A stretch of DNA of 64,000 bases, taken from a bacterium (lineage in GTDB: Bacteria; JADJOY01). The first letter of the stretch is position 1; the number at the start of each line of letters is the position of its first letter. A program made the translations under genes and the position numbers. The DNA lies in the NCBI GenBank assembly GCA_046331705.1, contig JAXLQJ010000038.1, positions 1-64,000 on the forward strand, given 5' to 3'. Shown here one piece after another: positions 63,293 to 64,000 of the stretch. The notes beneath the pieces are model-generated. The model saw only the letters and a list, made by a program, of their open reading frames with translations. It had not been told where the DNA came from and ran no database searches.

Positions 63293-63835
63293 GTGTCGCA
63301 TCCGATCGGCGAGAGGATCAAGACGCTTCGGCTTTCGAGCCAGCTGACCCAGGAAGAGCTCGCGGCTCGTTCCAACCTGACGAAGGGTTTCATCTCGCAG
63401 GTGGAGCGCGATCTCACCTCGATCTCGCTCGAGAACCTGGCGCTCATGCTCTCGGCCCTCGACACCAGCCTGGCCGAGTTCTTCGCGGAGGAAGAGGAGA
63501 AGCCGGTCGTCTTCCGGAGGTCGGATCGGCGTTCGATGGAGTGGGGAGGATCGCAGAATCTCGAGGTGCTGGTGCCGGGCGGCACCAACCGGACCATGGA
63601 TCCGACGGTCGTCCATCTCGCGGCCGGAGAGGCGTTCGGCTGCGAGCGACCGCACGAGGGCGAAGAGCTCGGATACGTGCTGACCGGAACCGTCCGCTTG
63701 CGCGTGAGCAAGAAGAGCTGGCTGCTCAAGGCCGGCGAGTGCTTCTACTACCGCGCGAACCGGATGCACGGCTTTCAGAACGAGGGCACGAACGAGGCAC
63801 AGGTGTTGTGGATCGCGTCGCCGCCGCGACTGTGA
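63293..63835 (+). CDS. XRE-family HTH plus cupin transcriptional regulator (PuuR-like)
   Basis: IGERIKTLR...LTQEELA..SNLTKGFISQVERDLTS; cupin HEGEELGYVLTG, H.F.N. Confidence 0.9.
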   Translation: MSHPIGERIKTLRLSSQLTQEELAARSNLTKGFISQVERDLTSISLENLALMLSALDTSLAEFFAEEEEKPVVFRRSDRRSMEWGGSQNLEVLVPGGTNRTMDPTVVHLAAGEAFGCERPHEGEELGYVLTGTVRLRVSKKSWLLKAGECFYYRANRMHGFQNEGTNEAQVLWIASPPRL

Positions 63836-63927
63836 CGCGAGCCGATTTCCACGGTGGGAAGGTGAACATGGACCGAGGCATGGTGCCTCGGGGTTGGGAC
63901 CGAAACACCATTGGGAGGATGGACCTG

Positions 63928-64000
63928 ATGAAAGCGCTTGGGCGCCATCTCTTGGTGGAGTACAGCGGCTGCGATCACGCAACGCTGAAGGAAGTGCCTC
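63928..64000 (+). CDS. speD: S-adenosylmethionine decarboxylase proenzyme (5' fragment, runs off the window)
   Basis: MKALGRHLLVEYSGCD matches the AdoMetDC N-terminus LGxHxxxExxxC; only 24 codons visible. Confidence 0.75.
   Translation, partial: MKALGRHLLVEYSGCDHATLKEVP

Overview
High-GC bacterial chromosome segment with no rRNA, tRNA, CRISPR array or mobile element that I can recognise. Gene content and order resemble Myxococcota/deltaproteobacterial genomes (inference). 1-24.7 kb is housekeeping: rarA, recN-secA-argJ, rpsB-tsf-pyrH-frr-uppS-cdsA-rseP-tsaB (no dxr), DUF465-ilvC-pssA-leuA-asd-truA, a pilT paralogue, and rplM-rpsI-argC. 24.7-35 kb holds an STT3 oligosaccharyltransferase resembling archaeal AglB, cysK facing away from a sulfur-carrier/CysM/Mec operon (Mec fused to a TusA-like domain lacking the catalytic Cys), ctpA and murI. 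35-45 kb is a Tad pilus operon with no flp, cpaE or tadD and a secretin with a triplicated N-domain. 45-62 kb is a Wza/Wzc/Wzy-type glycan locus led by an unannotated 38-aa membrane ORF; it contains a probable BY-pseudokinase, two twitch-type radical SAM enzymes, two methyltransferases, a flavoprotein, three glycosyltransferases and an AglF-like nucleotidyltransferase. The window ends with a PuuR-like regulator, its likely operator, and the start of speD. The best candidate for an undescribed system is the radical-SAM-tailored surface glycan pathway next to Tad, possibly feeding the AglB-like transferase; that link is a hypothesis. All family calls come from motif recognition by eye and no searches were run.
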